Assembly: GCA_038523235.1 (NCBI GenBank)
Contig: JBCBJQ010000009.1
Location: forward strand, 1-64,000
Length of the DNA: 64,000 nucleotides
DNA from: Cyanobacteria bacterium J06626_4
Lineage (GTDB): Bacteria; Cyanobacteriota; Cyanobacteriia; Phormidesmidales; Phormidesmidaceae
Reading direction: 5' to 3'
Shown: piece after piece, positions 1 through 10,371 of the stretch
How the letters are laid out: each line of letters starts with the position of its first letter
Position numbering within the stretch: the first letter of the stretch is position 1
Program-made: the position numbers and the translations under genes
The notes under the pieces: model-generated
Seen by the model: only the letters and a program-made list of their open reading frames with translations
What the model was told of the DNA's origin: nothing
Database searches by the model: none

Positions 1-484
1 AAGAAATTGTTGCGATCATCCTGAAGGCAGGATCTGAACTCGCTTGTTGAAACCTTGAATTAATCGTCCAAGACTGAAAAGCTCTATTTCATCCTCAAAA
101 ATCCGGCCAGGCTTTCACATTGCACCGCCGTCAGAGAATCGTTTTCAGTCCCTTCATGAAGTCTTTCAAAGCTGCGTGATTATGCCCATTTTTCGATGAA
201 GTTGATCGCGGCATTACGGCAGTTGGGTAAGCTTTTTTACAGTCTCGATTAGGTTGAATCGCACATTGATGACAGTTGAAAGCTGTTTGATGTGCGCCTG
301 CTTTTTCTCAATTTAGGAGAAGAACTCGATGAATTCATTTCGCAATCGAGGAACGTTAATTTTACAAATGGTTCTGTTCTGGGTGATTGCCCCGGCGATC
401 GCGTTGTCTTTGTTGCTCTGATGATTTTCAGACCGTTGTCATCCAGACCGAAGGCAAGCCCCAGTCTCATCCATAATTTTGGGT

Positions 485-1594
485 CTATGACGGCTTGATG
501 GGGACTTTGACTGTGAATGTGCTGCCCTGCCCTACTTCTGACTCTAGCGATAGCGTCCCTTGGTGAGCGGCCACGATCCGCTGGGACAGATGCAGTCCCA
601 GACCGCTGCCCGAGCGACGATGCTGCCCCGGACGAAACCAAGCGAAGATTTCTTTTTGGTTAGCCGCAGCAATGCCAGGGCCGGTGTCTTTAACCCGAAT
701 ACACCAGGCAGTGGGGGCCTCGGCAGGCTCTTTATGAAAGCTAATCGCGACAAACCCGACATCGGTGAACTTGAGGGCATTGCCCACCAGGTTGACCAAA
801 ATGCGACGGAACTCTAAGCGATCGCCATGACAGGTATAGCGGCGATCGTCACCGACTGCAGCCACCCGATCTTCTAACTTAAGGTCAAGATTTTTAGCGA
901 TCGCGAGGGGGCGTAGTTCAGCCGTGACGTCTTCGAGCAGACGTTTGAGATTGAAGGGGGCGATCGCCATCTCTTTGCGACCGGCTTCGTAGCGATAAAC
1001 CTCTAGCAAGGTATTGACCATCGCTAGCAGATGTTCATTGTTACGAATCGTTTGGGTGACCGCATCTTTAGCATCAGTAGGAACCTGACCAAAGCTATCT
1101 TCTTTCACCAAAGTCAACATGCGGTTAGCAGCGACGAGGGGCGTTCTCAAGTCATGGGTGAGGCGAGAGACAAAATCATCCCGTTGCTGCGTGATTTCGC
1201 GCTCGGCATCGACGCTGCGTTTGAGTCGCAGCAGCGCTCGTACCCGCGCCAGCAACTCATTGGCATCAAAGGGTTTGCGAATAAAGTCATCGGCGCCCAT
1301 ATCGAGCCCAGCGACTACGCTCGACCGTTCATGGGCCGTGACCAGCAAAATGGGAATAAACGGCAGCGCTGCCATACTACGGAGTTTTTGCGTGGCCTCA
1401 TAGCCACTCATTCCCGGCATCATCACGTCGAGCAGCACCAGATCCGGCAGTTGCTCAACAATGCCACTGAGCATTTGCTGGCCACTTTCTAGAGGGGTCA
1501 CCTGATACCCTTCGCCCTCTAACAGGGCCTGCAACAAAAATCGGTTGTCGGCGGAGTCATCCACCACGTAAATGTGCGCGGGATTAGCAGCCAT
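485..1594 (-). CDS. Hybrid response regulator / sensor histidine kinase (REC-HisKA-HATPase)
   Basis: N-terminal receiver (VVDD, LLDVMMP, KPF), H-box LTHDLRTPL, N-box NLVGNALKF, G boxes DTGPGI and GSGLGL. Confidence 0.93.
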   Translation of the reverse strand: MAANPAHIYVVDDSADNRFLLQALLEGEGYQVTPLESGQQMLSGIVEQLPDLVLLDVMMPGMSGYEATQKLRSMAALPFIPILLVTAHERSSVVAGLDMGADDFIRKPFDANELLARVRALLRLKRSVDAEREITQQRDDFVSRLTHDLRTPLVAANRMLTLVKEDSFGQVPTDAKDAVTQTIRNNEHLLAMVNTLLEVYRYEAGRKEMAIAPFNLKRLLEDVTAELRPLAIAKNLDLKLEDRVAAVGDDRRYTCHGDRLEFRRILVNLVGNALKFTDVGFVAISFHKEPAEAPTAWCIRVKDTGPGIAAANQKEIFAWFRPGQHRRSGSGLGLHLSQRIVAAHQGTLSLESEVGQGSTFTVKVPIKPS

Positions 1595-2037
1595 AAGTCG
1601 CCGATACTACACTCTGCTTCACTTATGCGGTGGGTAGGCGCTAAAAACCACTGTCAATCGATAGATTTGTGGCGCTCTGCCGACAAATCTAGTCAAGTAT
1701 TTGTAAGGATTTCAGCCCACTTTTGTCATCAAAATGTTGAGGAATCTGTCGGTGTGTAAATGCTGAGACAGAATTTGTCAGTTGGTCACACGGGCTAACT
1801 ATAGTGAAGCTTACAGACAGCAGTCGTTAAAACTTCAGTAGCGTAGTCGTCGTCAGTGCCGTGAGGACAAGACGACAAGCCCTTGGGTTCCGTTCTAGGG
1901 AGCAAGATGACACTCGGTGTCTTCACCTCAAGGGCTAAAACTATAAAAACTGTCGAGTTAGACCTGCGTTGAAGGATTGCGAGGGTTTTCGGCGAAACCT
2001 CGTTGGCAGTTTAAACCTCACGACAGGAGACTCCTTT

Positions 2038-3564
2038 ATGAAACTGGCTTACTGGATGTATGCGGGTCCGGCACACATTGGCACGCTGAGAATTGCCAGC
2101 TCTTTTAAGAATGTGCACGCGATTATGCATGCGCCGCTGGGCGATGACTATTTCAACGTCATGCGTTCAATGTTAGAGCGCGAGCGCAACTTTACGCCGG
2201 TCACCACCAGCGTGGTCGATCGCAACGTGCTGGCCCAAGGCTCCCAAGAAAAGGTGGTCGATAATATCGTGCGCAAAGATCACGAAGAATCGCCTGACCT
2301 CATTGTGTTAACCCCCACCTGCACCTCCAGCATTTTGCAAGAGGATCTGCAAAATTTTGTGCAGCGGGCCAGCTTAGATGCCCAGTGTGACGTGCTGCTG
2401 GCGGATGTCAACCACTACCGCGTCAACGAACTGCAGGCCGCTGATCGCACCCTGCAACAAATCGTCAAATTTTACCTTGATCGCGCCGAGAAAAAAGGCG
2501 AGTTGCCTGTCGGTAGAACCGCCCAGCCCTCCGTCAACATCCTCGGGCTGACGACCCTCGGGTTTCACAACAATCACGATCGCACTGAGCTTGTGAAGCT
2601 GATGGGCGAGTTGGGTATCGCGGTAAACCTAGTGCTGCCCGATAAGGCCTCAGTGGCAGACATCAAAAAGCTGCCCCAGGCCTGGTTTAACCTGGTGCCC
2701 TATCGCGAAGTGGGTCCGGCCACAGCAGAGTACCTGCAAACGCAGTTTGATCAGCCTACGGTCGATATCACCCCGATGGGGATCGTCGAAACGGCCCGCT
2801 GCATTCGCGCGATTCAAAAAGTGCTGAACGACCAGGGAGCCCCCGTTGATTACACGACCTTCATCGATAACCAAACGCGGTTTGTGTCGGATGCGGCCTG
2901 GTTTTCGCGCTCGATTGACTGTCAGAATTTGACGGGTAAAAAAGCCATCGTGTTTGGCGATAGCACCCATGCGGCCGCAATGACCAAGATTTTGGCGCGG
3001 GAGATGGGCATTCGGGTCGTGCTCGCGGGCACCTACTGCAAATATGACGAAGACTGGTTTACCCAGCAGGTGGGGGACTACTGCGACGAAATTCTGATCA
3101 GTGAAGACCACGGGGCGATCGCCGACAAAATTGCTGCTCTGGAACCCGCAGCCATCTTTGGGACTCAGATGGAGCGCCATGTCGGCAAGCGCTTGGACAT
3201 TCCCTGTGGTGTCATTGCCGCGCCAATTCACATTCAAAATTTCCCCGTCGGCTATCGCCCCTTTTTGGGCTATGAAGGCTCCAATCAACTGGTCGATCTG
3301 ATCTATAACTCCTTTACGTTGGGGATGGAAGATCACTTGCTGGAAATCTTTGGCGGCCATGATACGAAGGAAGTCGTCACCAAAACGATGTCGGCGGATG
3401 GCGGGCTCACCTGGACAACCGATGCCCTCACCGAACTCAATCGCGTGCCAGGGTTTGTACGCGGCAAGGTGAAGCGCAATACTGAGAATTTCGCCCGAGA
3501 TCGCGGTCATGCCGAAATTGATGTGGAAGTCATGTATGCCGCAAAAGAGGCCGTTGGCGCTTAG
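2038..3564 (+). CDS. chlB: Light-independent protochlorophyllide reductase subunit B
   Basis: Typical N-terminus [15 protein letters not shown] after RBS-like CAGGAGA; C-terminal PCP-red domain ([14 protein letters not shown]); start moved to ATG 2038. Confidence 0.97.
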   Translation: MKLAYWMYAGPAHIGTLRIASSFKNVHAIMHAPLGDDYFNVMRSMLERERNFTPVTTSVVDRNVLAQGSQEKVVDNIVRKDHEESPDLIVLTPTCTSSILQEDLQNFVQRASLDAQCDVLLADVNHYRVNELQAADRTLQQIVKFYLDRAEKKGELPVGRTAQPSVNILGLTTLGFHNNHDRTELVKLMGELGIAVNLVLPDKASVADIKKLPQAWFNLVPYREVGPATAEYLQTQFDQPTVDITPMGIVETARCIRAIQKVLNDQGAPVDYTTFIDNQTRFVSDAAWFSRSIDCQNLTGKKAIVFGDSTHAAAMTKILAREMGIRVVLAGTYCKYDEDWFTQQVGDYCDEILISEDHGAIADKIAALEPAAIFGTQMERHVGKRLDIPCGVIAAPIHIQNFPVGYRPFLGYEGSNQLVDLIYNSFTLGMEDHLLEIFGGHDTKEVVTKTMSADGGLTWTTDALTELNRVPGFVRGKVKRNTENFARDRGHAEIDVEVMYAAKEAVGA

Positions 3565-3765
3565 TGAGTCCGTCGGCGATTATATGAGTGGCTTGAACGA
3601 TTGGTCGCGATTGTCGACCAATCGTTCAAGTCGGATGCCAGCGATCGTCTGTCTGGGAGATGGGCCACATCGCTGAATTCGGAGTGCGGAGTGTGGCAGC
3701 CAGAATGCGACAGTCGGCATCAAAAGGCCGTGGCTGTGGTCTCACAACTGCACCGTACTGACCGA

Positions 3766-6504
3766 TCAGGAGAACATATCTAGCTGCTCAACAGGATCTT
3801 CCTGGACGCTCCGCCGCTTGCGGCGCTTGCCGTTGCCGTTGAATTGCGCACCTTGACGCAAGCCGACAGCGATTTTGCTGTGCTTCTCAATTTGCGACAT
3901 CACCTCCCGCGCCCGCTGAATGACAGTGGGCGGCAGTCCCGCCAAGCGTCCCGCCTCAATGCCGTAGGAGCGATCAGCCCCGCCCGGTCGCACCTGATGC
4001 AGAAAAACGATTTGATCCGGCATTTCCTTTACGGTGACCTGATAGTTGGCAATGTTGTTCAAAATGCCTGCCAGCTCGTTCAGCTCGTGATAGTGGGTGG
4101 CAAAGATTGTCCGCGCCTGAATTTCGCTGGCCAAATACTCGGCTACTGACCAGGCGATCGACAGGCCGTCAAAGGTGGCGGTGCCGCGGCCAATTTCATC
4201 CAGCAGCACCAGAGAACGATCGCTGGCGTGGTTCAAAATGTTGGCGGTTTCGTTCATTTCCACCATGAAGGTGGATTGGCCGGTGGCCAGATCATCGACA
4301 GCGCCCACGCGGGTAAAGATGCGATCGCAAATGCCCAGTCGTGCTGTGCTGGCGGGGACAAAACTGCCCACCTGCGCCATCAGTTGAATCAAACCTACCT
4401 GGCGCAGATAGCAGCTTTTGCCACTGGCGTTGGGGCCGGTGAGAATAATCAGATCAGGGGGAGTGTTGAGTTCAGAATGAGGAGTTCGGAGTTCAAGATT
4501 GCTGGTTGCCGCCTGCCGCCTGCCGACTGCCACATTCACCTTACTGACCCTTTCTGCACCGAGGGTGGTGGAATTAGGCACAAAAAATCCAGCGGGCAGC
4601 AGTTGTTCCACCACGGGATGACGGCCATCGGCGATCTCCAGTTCACGACTATCGACCATTTCGGGGCAGCAAAAGCCCTGATAGATGGCAACTTCGGCCA
4701 GTCCCGCTAAAACATCGGCGGCAGCCACGCCCCGCGCCACCTGACGAATCAGGTCGGCATGGTGGCCCACCAGCTCTCGCAGCTGCTGAAAGATTTCGTA
4801 TTCCAAACTGTGAATCTGGTCTTGGGTATTGAAAACCCGCGTTTCCCGCTCTTTGAGTTCGGGGGTGATGTAGCGCTCTTCATTAGTCAGGGTTTGTTTG
4901 CGAATGTAATCGTCGGGAGCCTGATCGGATTTGCTGCGCGAGATGCTGATGTAGTAGCCAAACGCCTTGTTAAAGCCCACCTTCAGCGTCGAGATGCCGG
5001 TGCGCTGGCGCTCTGAAGGTTCGAGTTTGGCAATCCAATCCTGATCGCCTTTGACCTGATCCCGCAGGGTATCAAGGTCAGCATTGACGCCCGGTCGAAT
5101 CAGGTTGCCTTCCGTGAGATACAGGGGTGGATTTTCCACCAGGTGAGATCGCAACGTGTCGCCCAGCTTCTCTAAGTCCGGGGGAACGTGCTGTAGGGCT
5201 TGCAGAAAGCTGGATTGGGTAGATTCCACCAGCGCCGCCAAAATCGGTAACCGTGCAAAGGAGTCCGCTAATGCGACCAGGTCGCGACCATTCGCCGTGC
5301 CCGAACCAGCCCGTCCAGCCAGCCGTTCGAGATCATAGATTTGCTTCAGCTGCTGCTGGAGCGCCGTCCGCAGAGACCCGTCATCCACCAGTTCTTGCAG
5401 GGTCTGTTGCCGCTCCTGAATCTGACTGACTGAGAGCAAGGGTTGCAGCAGCCAGCGCCGCAGGGCTCGCCCGCCCATTGCCGTCACCGTGCGATCGAGC
5501 GCCCAGAGCAAGGAACCGTTGTAGGTGCCATCGCGGGAGGTTTGGGTGATTTCTAAGTTGCGGCGGGTTTGATGGTCGAGCACTAAAAAGTCGCTAAGCA
5601 CATAGGTGCTGAGCAGCTGCAGCGGCACCTGCGTCTCTTTTTGGGTGTCTTTGAGATACTCCAACAGACCGCCCGCCGCCCGCACCGCCAGGGGCAAATG
5701 GTCGCAGCCGATGCCTTCGAGCGATCGCAGCCGAAAGGTTTGCAGCAGTCGCTGTCGCGCTTCGGTTTGCGAAAATGCGCCTTGTGATCGCAGCGTGTAG
5801 CAAAACTGGCGCGGTAGACAGTCGGGCAGCTGATCAGTCGCCTCACCGGGCCGCAGCATCGCTCGCAGATCCGGCGCATCGGTGGGCAGCAGGGTTTCGG
5901 AAGGCTGCAGACGCATCAGTTCTTGCGCCACCTGCTCCAGATCGCTGTGCTGGGTGGTGAAAAATTCACCGGTGGAAACGTCGGCGTAGGCTAACCCCCA
6001 ATGCTGTCCGGCAATCACCACCGCCGCCAAAAAGTTGTTGCGGCGGGCGCTCAGCATACCCTCTTCTAACACGGTGCCGGGGGTGATGACGCGGGTCACT
6101 TCGCGCTTCACCAAGCCCTGAGCTAGCGCCGGATCTTCCACCTGATCACAGACGGCGATCGCGTAGCCTTTTTCTACCAGTTGAATGCAGTAGCGATCGA
6201 GGGCATGGTGCGGAATGCCAGCCATGGGCACGCGGCCTACTACTTTGCCACATTCTTTGCTGGTCAAGACCAGCTCCAGCTCACGGGCAATCGTGATGCC
6301 GTCTTCGAAGAACGTTTCAAAAAAGTCGCCGACTCGATACAGCAGCAGCGCGTGGGGATACTCCTGCTTCACCTGCACGTAGTGGCGCATCATTGGCGTC
6401 AGGTCGTCAGCGTTGACGTCCTTACAGTTGGCGTAGCGCACTGTATGTTTGGCCAGTCTTTCTGGAATGCCGTGGTTAGCGTCGTTGTCAGCAGGCGCGG
6501 CCAT
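3766..6504 (-). CDS. mutS: DNA mismatch repair protein MutS
   Basis: [15 protein letters not shown] mismatch-binding motif, Walker [30 protein letters not shown]; start may be 6504 or 6525. Confidence 0.97.
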   Translation of the reverse strand: MAAPADNDANHGIPERLAKHTVRYANCKDVNADDLTPMMRHYVQVKQEYPHALLLYRVGDFFETFFEDGITIARELELVLTSKECGKVVGRVPMAGIPHHALDRYCIQLVEKGYAIAVCDQVEDPALAQGLVKREVTRVITPGTVLEEGMLSARRNNFLAAVVIAGQHWGLAYADVSTGEFFTTQHSDLEQVAQELMRLQPSETLLPTDAPDLRAMLRPGEATDQLPDCLPRQFCYTLRSQGAFSQTEARQRLLQTFRLRSLEGIGCDHLPLAVRAAGGLLEYLKDTQKETQVPLQLLSTYVLSDFLVLDHQTRRNLEITQTSRDGTYNGSLLWALDRTVTAMGGRALRRWLLQPLLSVSQIQERQQTLQELVDDGSLRTALQQQLKQIYDLERLAGRAGSGTANGRDLVALADSFARLPILAALVESTQSSFLQALQHVPPDLEKLGDTLRSHLVENPPLYLTEGNLIRPGVNADLDTLRDQVKGDQDWIAKLEPSERQRTGISTLKVGFNKAFGYYISISRSKSDQAPDDYIRKQTLTNEERYITPELKERETRVFNTQDQIHSLEYEIFQQLRELVGHHADLIRQVARGVAAADVLAGLAEVAIYQGFCCPEMVDSRELEIADGRHPVVEQLLPAGFFVPNSTTLGAERVSKVNVAVGRRQAATSNLELRTPHSELNTPPDLIILTGPNASGKSCYLRQVGLIQLMAQVGSFVPASTARLGICDRIFTRVGAVDDLATGQSTFMVEMNETANILNHASDRSLVLLDEIGRGTATFDGLSIAWSVAEYLASEIQARTIFATHYHELNELAGILNNIANYQVTVKEMPDQIVFLHQVRPGGADRSYGIEAGRLAGLPPTVIQRAREVMSQIEKHSKIAVGLRQGAQFNGNGKRRKRRSVQEDPVEQLDMFS
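4459..4557. repeat. Two heptamer tandem-repeat tracts (STRR-like) inside the mutS reading frame
   Basis: GAGTGTT-GAGTTCA-GAATGAG-GAGTTCG-GAGTTCA (4461-4495) and TGCCGCC-TGCCGCC-TGCCGAC-TGCCAC (4507-4533). Confidence 0.75.
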
Positions 6505-6775
6505 AACCCTCACGAGGATGCACAAATGTTCCTACTGATTGTAAGACTGACCTTTGCTTGCTGAGCATTGGAGTGGCAGGAATTGGAGTGGAGGGAATTG
6601 AGTAGGGGGTTGGGGATCGGGGAAAAGGAGCGACGGGGCTGAGGGGAGGGACTTGCAAGTTAGAAATGAGGGCGGTGAAGATTGAGGCGGGGACGATATG
6701 ATCACAGGGCTTGAGATAGGTGTGCAGCAGCAGCCTCATGGTCATGAATACAGACTGCAGGTTAAGCGCCGTGCT

Positions 6776-7723
6776 TCAGGCAGTGACAAACTTCATCAGC
6801 ATCACTTCCCAAACGAGGCGGGGCTGGACGAAGCGCCGCAGCTGAAAGTGAGCTTGTTCTAGACCGGCGAGCAGGGCGGGCGATCGCTCCGTTTGCCAAA
6901 GTCTTTGCTGCAGATATTCCACCAGCCAGAGCTGCGATTCGGTATCGAGTTCTTTGCTGACGCGGCGCGCGAGTTCCAACGCAACGCGTAGAGTGGGCGG
7001 AGGTTGCTGCAATGCAGCGACGAGATCCGCTGGCAGCGTTTGCAGCTGCTGTAGCGCGGCGATCGCCTGCCCCGGACTGCCTTGGGCCATTGCCAATACG
7101 TCTGGCTGCTGCAAAAGCTCGGCATGGCCCGATTGGGTTAAGACTGTCGCCATCGTGGTTTGTGACAATCGCCGAAACGGAATACTTTGGCAGCGAGACA
7201 CAATTGTGGGCAGCAGGTTAGCGCTGTCTGTGGCTAACAAAATCAGCGTAGCGTTGCCCGGTTCTTCCAAGGTTTTGAGCAAGCCGTTCGCGGGCGACTC
7301 GGCCATGGTTTCCGCCCCTTCGATCACCACGACAGCCCGAGGCGCTTCAAGGGTCGGACGCGACAAGAACCGGGTCACGTCACGAATTTGCTCCAGGCGA
7401 ATTTGCGGGGGACTTTTGCGCTTCAGATCAAGTTCCTCGGCTTCAGCAGCGGTAACGGGTTTGCCCTTGTGCAGGTAGGTGGGCTCTACCCACATCAAAT
7501 CGGGATGATTGCGATCTTGAATGCGGCGCCGCACCTGTCCAGCCGCCTGATCAGCGGTTTGCAGCAGGCACTCAGCAAAGCGTAGCGCTCCTAAGCCACG
7601 CCCCGTACCGGCTGGCCCGACCAAGAGATAGGCCGGGGCGACACGTTGCTGGGCGATTGCCTGACAAAGCAGATCAACCGCCGTCTCTTGACCTAATAAA
7701 TCTGAGAATATCGCCCGTACCAT
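6776..7723 (-). CDS. holB: DNA polymerase III subunit delta'
   Basis: HPDLMWV, NGLLKTLEEP, LLPTIVSRCQ; overlaps the 3' end of tmk, the conserved tmk-holB pair. Confidence 0.93.
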   Translation of the reverse strand: MVRAIFSDLLGQETAVDLLCQAIAQQRVAPAYLLVGPAGTGRGLGALRFAECLLQTADQAAGQVRRRIQDRNHPDLMWVEPTYLHKGKPVTAAEAEELDLKRKSPPQIRLEQIRDVTRFLSRPTLEAPRAVVVIEGAETMAESPANGLLKTLEEPGNATLILLATDSANLLPTIVSRCQSIPFRRLSQTTMATVLTQSGHAELLQQPDVLAMAQGSPGQAIAALQQLQTLPADLVAALQQPPPTLRVALELARRVSKELDTESQLWLVEYLQQRLWQTERSPALLAGLEQAHFQLRRFVQPRLVWEVMLMKFVTA

Positions 7724-8376
7724 GTTTTTATGCAGTGTTCTAAAACGGTTTGAATTTGCTGCGCTACGATTTCTTCTGACTGCGTCGCATCAATCGGCAC
7801 AATCCGCTCAGGATGCTGCTCTGCCAAGGTTTCAAAGCCCTGCTGCACCTGTTGATGAAAGATCAAGCCCGACTGTTCGAGGCGATCGAGCTGACCGCGA
7901 GAATGACTGCGGGCCAGTCCTTGCTCCGCGTCTAACTGCAGCCACAGCGTCAGATGGCCTGATGTGCCTTGGGTCGCAATCGCATTGAGCTGTTCGATCA
8001 GCGAGAGGCTCAGGCCCCGCCCATAACCTTGATAAGCCACGGTAGAATCAATAAAGCGATCGCACAAGACCCAACTTCCCGCCTCAATGGCTGGAACAAT
8101 CACCTCTTCGATATGTTGCGCCCGATCCGCGGCGTACAGTAACAGCTCTGCCTGTGCCCCAAGAGCCGCTGATTGATTATCTAACAGCAAGCTGCGTAAA
8201 GCCTTGCCCAGTTCAGTCCCCCCCGGTTCGCGGGTCGTGATAATGGACGGCACGACACCACAGGCCTGGAGCTTTTCAACAATCGGGTGCACCACCAACC
8301 ACTGCTGCAGTTTCAACAGTTGCGTACTCTTGCCGCTGCCCTCTACCCCCTCAAAAACAATTAGCTTCCCCGACAT
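7693..8376 (-). CDS. tmk: Thymidylate kinase
   Basis: P-loop EGVEGSGKST, TREPGGT, CDRFIDSTVAYQGYGRG; start set to ATG 8376. Confidence 0.96.
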   Translation of the reverse strand: MSGKLIVFEGVEGSGKSTQLLKLQQWLVVHPIVEKLQACGVVPSIITTREPGGTELGKALRSLLLDNQSAALGAQAELLLYAADRAQHIEEVIVPAIEAGSWVLCDRFIDSTVAYQGYGRGLSLSLIEQLNAIATQGTSGHLTLWLQLDAEQGLARSHSRGQLDRLEQSGLIFHQQVQQGFETLAEQHPERIVPIDATQSEEIVAQQIQTVLEHCIKTWYGRYSQIY

Positions 8377-8574
8377 AGCCCTGGTTTTAGACGACAACGC
8401 ACTAAGCGTACAGCCTTAAAGATGTATCAGGCTAATGGCCCCAATGAGCCAACACCAATTTTAGTCTGACCACAGCAGCCAGGCGGCTCAATCAGAAAGC
8501 CGGGCAGGCAACTCAGCCGCACCGGGATCGCAAAATTTTGTGTTTGAATTCAGCATCATAATTTTGAAAACGCT

Positions 8575-8798
8575 TATAGTACCTCACATTGCAGGTGCGT
8601 CAAGCTCACCCCTGCAGTGTGAGGCACGCTGGTTACACACCCTTCAACAGCTCGTTTCAGAGACTTTAGGAACTCGATAGCAGTAAGATCGTAGCTCGTC
8701 AAAGCGGTGAGTCCGACCTCGAAGAAATCAACTAAAGGGTAGGCCAGTCAAGCGATCTTTCCCTTTGAGACAGCCCCATGCGGGCGGTGTGCCAGATC
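8575..8798 (-). ncRNA. Candidate structured non-coding RNA, family unknown
   Basis: TATAAT on the minus strand at 8805-8810, no sizeable ORF, several stems, 14-bp terminal hairpin at 8582-8624. Confidence 0.35.
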
Positions 8799-9588
8799 TC
8801 TAGAATTATATCGGCAGGTCTCTGTAGGCTTGGAATTTTCTCCGCCAGTCACAGCATTAGATCGACAATGGGATTAATTCATACACGCTTGTGGCCATTG
8901 AAAAAATAGAGAAAGACCGGATAAGGGCTGGAATCACGATGTCACTGCTACTGCGGGGATCAAGATTCAAACATCTCTTTCTCGGCAAACAGCTAATCTT
9001 CAAAATCGGGCGATCGACAGATGATTGATAAGGTCATCTTAATCTTCTCATCCAGGGAGTTGAGATTTTCATAACGCGTCACAGGGCTAAGTCCAATAGT
9101 CACAGATCCTTTTTAGCTCCGACAGATTGCAACATCGCTCGAAGCCAGCTTAATCAGTGACGACAGCACCAAAACTTCTCCTTACCAGACAATTCAAGCT
9201 CTTCAGCAGACAAATATCCCAACGAAAGAAAGCAGCCACCCGCACTTTAAACCGCGTCAATCAAGCAAACCACTGCCTTTTTCTTAAAAGCTTTATAAAA
9301 AACAGGCACAATCAAGTGCGGCAATAAGTCAACCTTCAAACAAACCAGCCAACCGCAAAACACATGGGGCTAAGAATCTGACAGTTTGCTATTTATCGAA
9401 AACGAATCGTAGTGAGCAATGCAGATTTTTCTCAGGTTCCAGCTTATGTTTACCATGTAGTGTTCATGATTTGACTAGGGCTGCGGTTACTAAAAGCAAT
9501 GTTTGGGGCTTATCATGGCACTACATGGCGAGGCTAGAGCTTGGTTCAAGTGTTTTCCTTTGATTTGCTGTTCCCCTTTTGAGAAACT

Positions 9589-9909
9589 ATGGCACGGTAC
9601 ACTACCTTATTTCGGGTTACGAGTTCCCCGACACAGATTCGGCAAAAGGTCGCCGATACCTTGGCCTCTTGTGACCTTAATCTGGTTTATGAGAATGAGG
9701 ACTACCTGGTTGCCAAAGAAAAGCCGGGTGGCGTCAAGTATGATTTGCTCGCCACAGTGGAAATCTTGATTAATCCCCCCACTGTGTCTGAACCCTCTGC
9801 ACGGGTAGATTTGATTGTGCAGAATCAAGAGCTACCTCTGCGCAAAGATAACCACTGTCATCGAATTTTTGAAGTCGTGCATCAGGCCATCTCAAATACG
9901 CCTTTCTAA
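9589..9909 (+). CDS. Conserved cyanobacterial hypothetical protein (106 aa)
   Basis: ATG ORF with protein-like composition (MARYT...DYLVAKE...QELPLRKDNHC) resembling a small cyanobacterial family. Confidence 0.75.
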   Translation: MARYTTLFRVTSSPTQIRQKVADTLASCDLNLVYENEDYLVAKEKPGGVKYDLLATVEILINPPTVSEPSARVDLIVQNQELPLRKDNHCHRIFEVVHQAISNTPF

Positions 9910-10371
9910 TTAATGCACTGCTCCTTTTATTCTCATTTTTAGCGGCTTTAGTAGGCATTACTTGCTCTCGCGTGTGCATGATGGCGCATGATGCCAAGCA
10001 GCACAGTGCACCAGCAGCGACATCTGCCGGAACAAGTTCTTGAGCACATTACGCTAAGTCTTGCTCTCGATGCGGCTACGGGAGATGGTTTGCTGATTGA
10101 GCACCCGGACGAACCGGCCGCGTCTGGCAAAAGCTGGAAAGCCTAAAGGCGCGACTCTTTATAGAAGAAATCGATGATCTCGCCTTCCTTTACCAACAAG
10201 GGAGTCGCCTGGAAGGTTGAATTGGCCTCAAGTAGCGGTCATGGATATGTTTGCGGCAGCACCAGTTCAAACACTCTCAATCCCATCAGCGTGAACTCTA
10301 TATAACTTGCGCCCAGCCATAAGTATCGAACAGCAGCAGGCAGGGCCTGCCGCTCACAGTCTCCCGACAAC

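Noticed and set aside
2650..3510. 286-aa minus-strand ORF and many similar long antisense or alternate-frame ORFs (e.g. 11971-12600, 20380-20961, 41196-41771)
   Set aside because: Each lies opposite or inside a well-supported gene, as expected from codon bias in GC-rich DNA
9988..10146. 52-codon plus-strand ORF (MMPSSTVHQQRHLPEQ...)
   Set aside because: No clear RBS and no recognisable motif; cannot be supported
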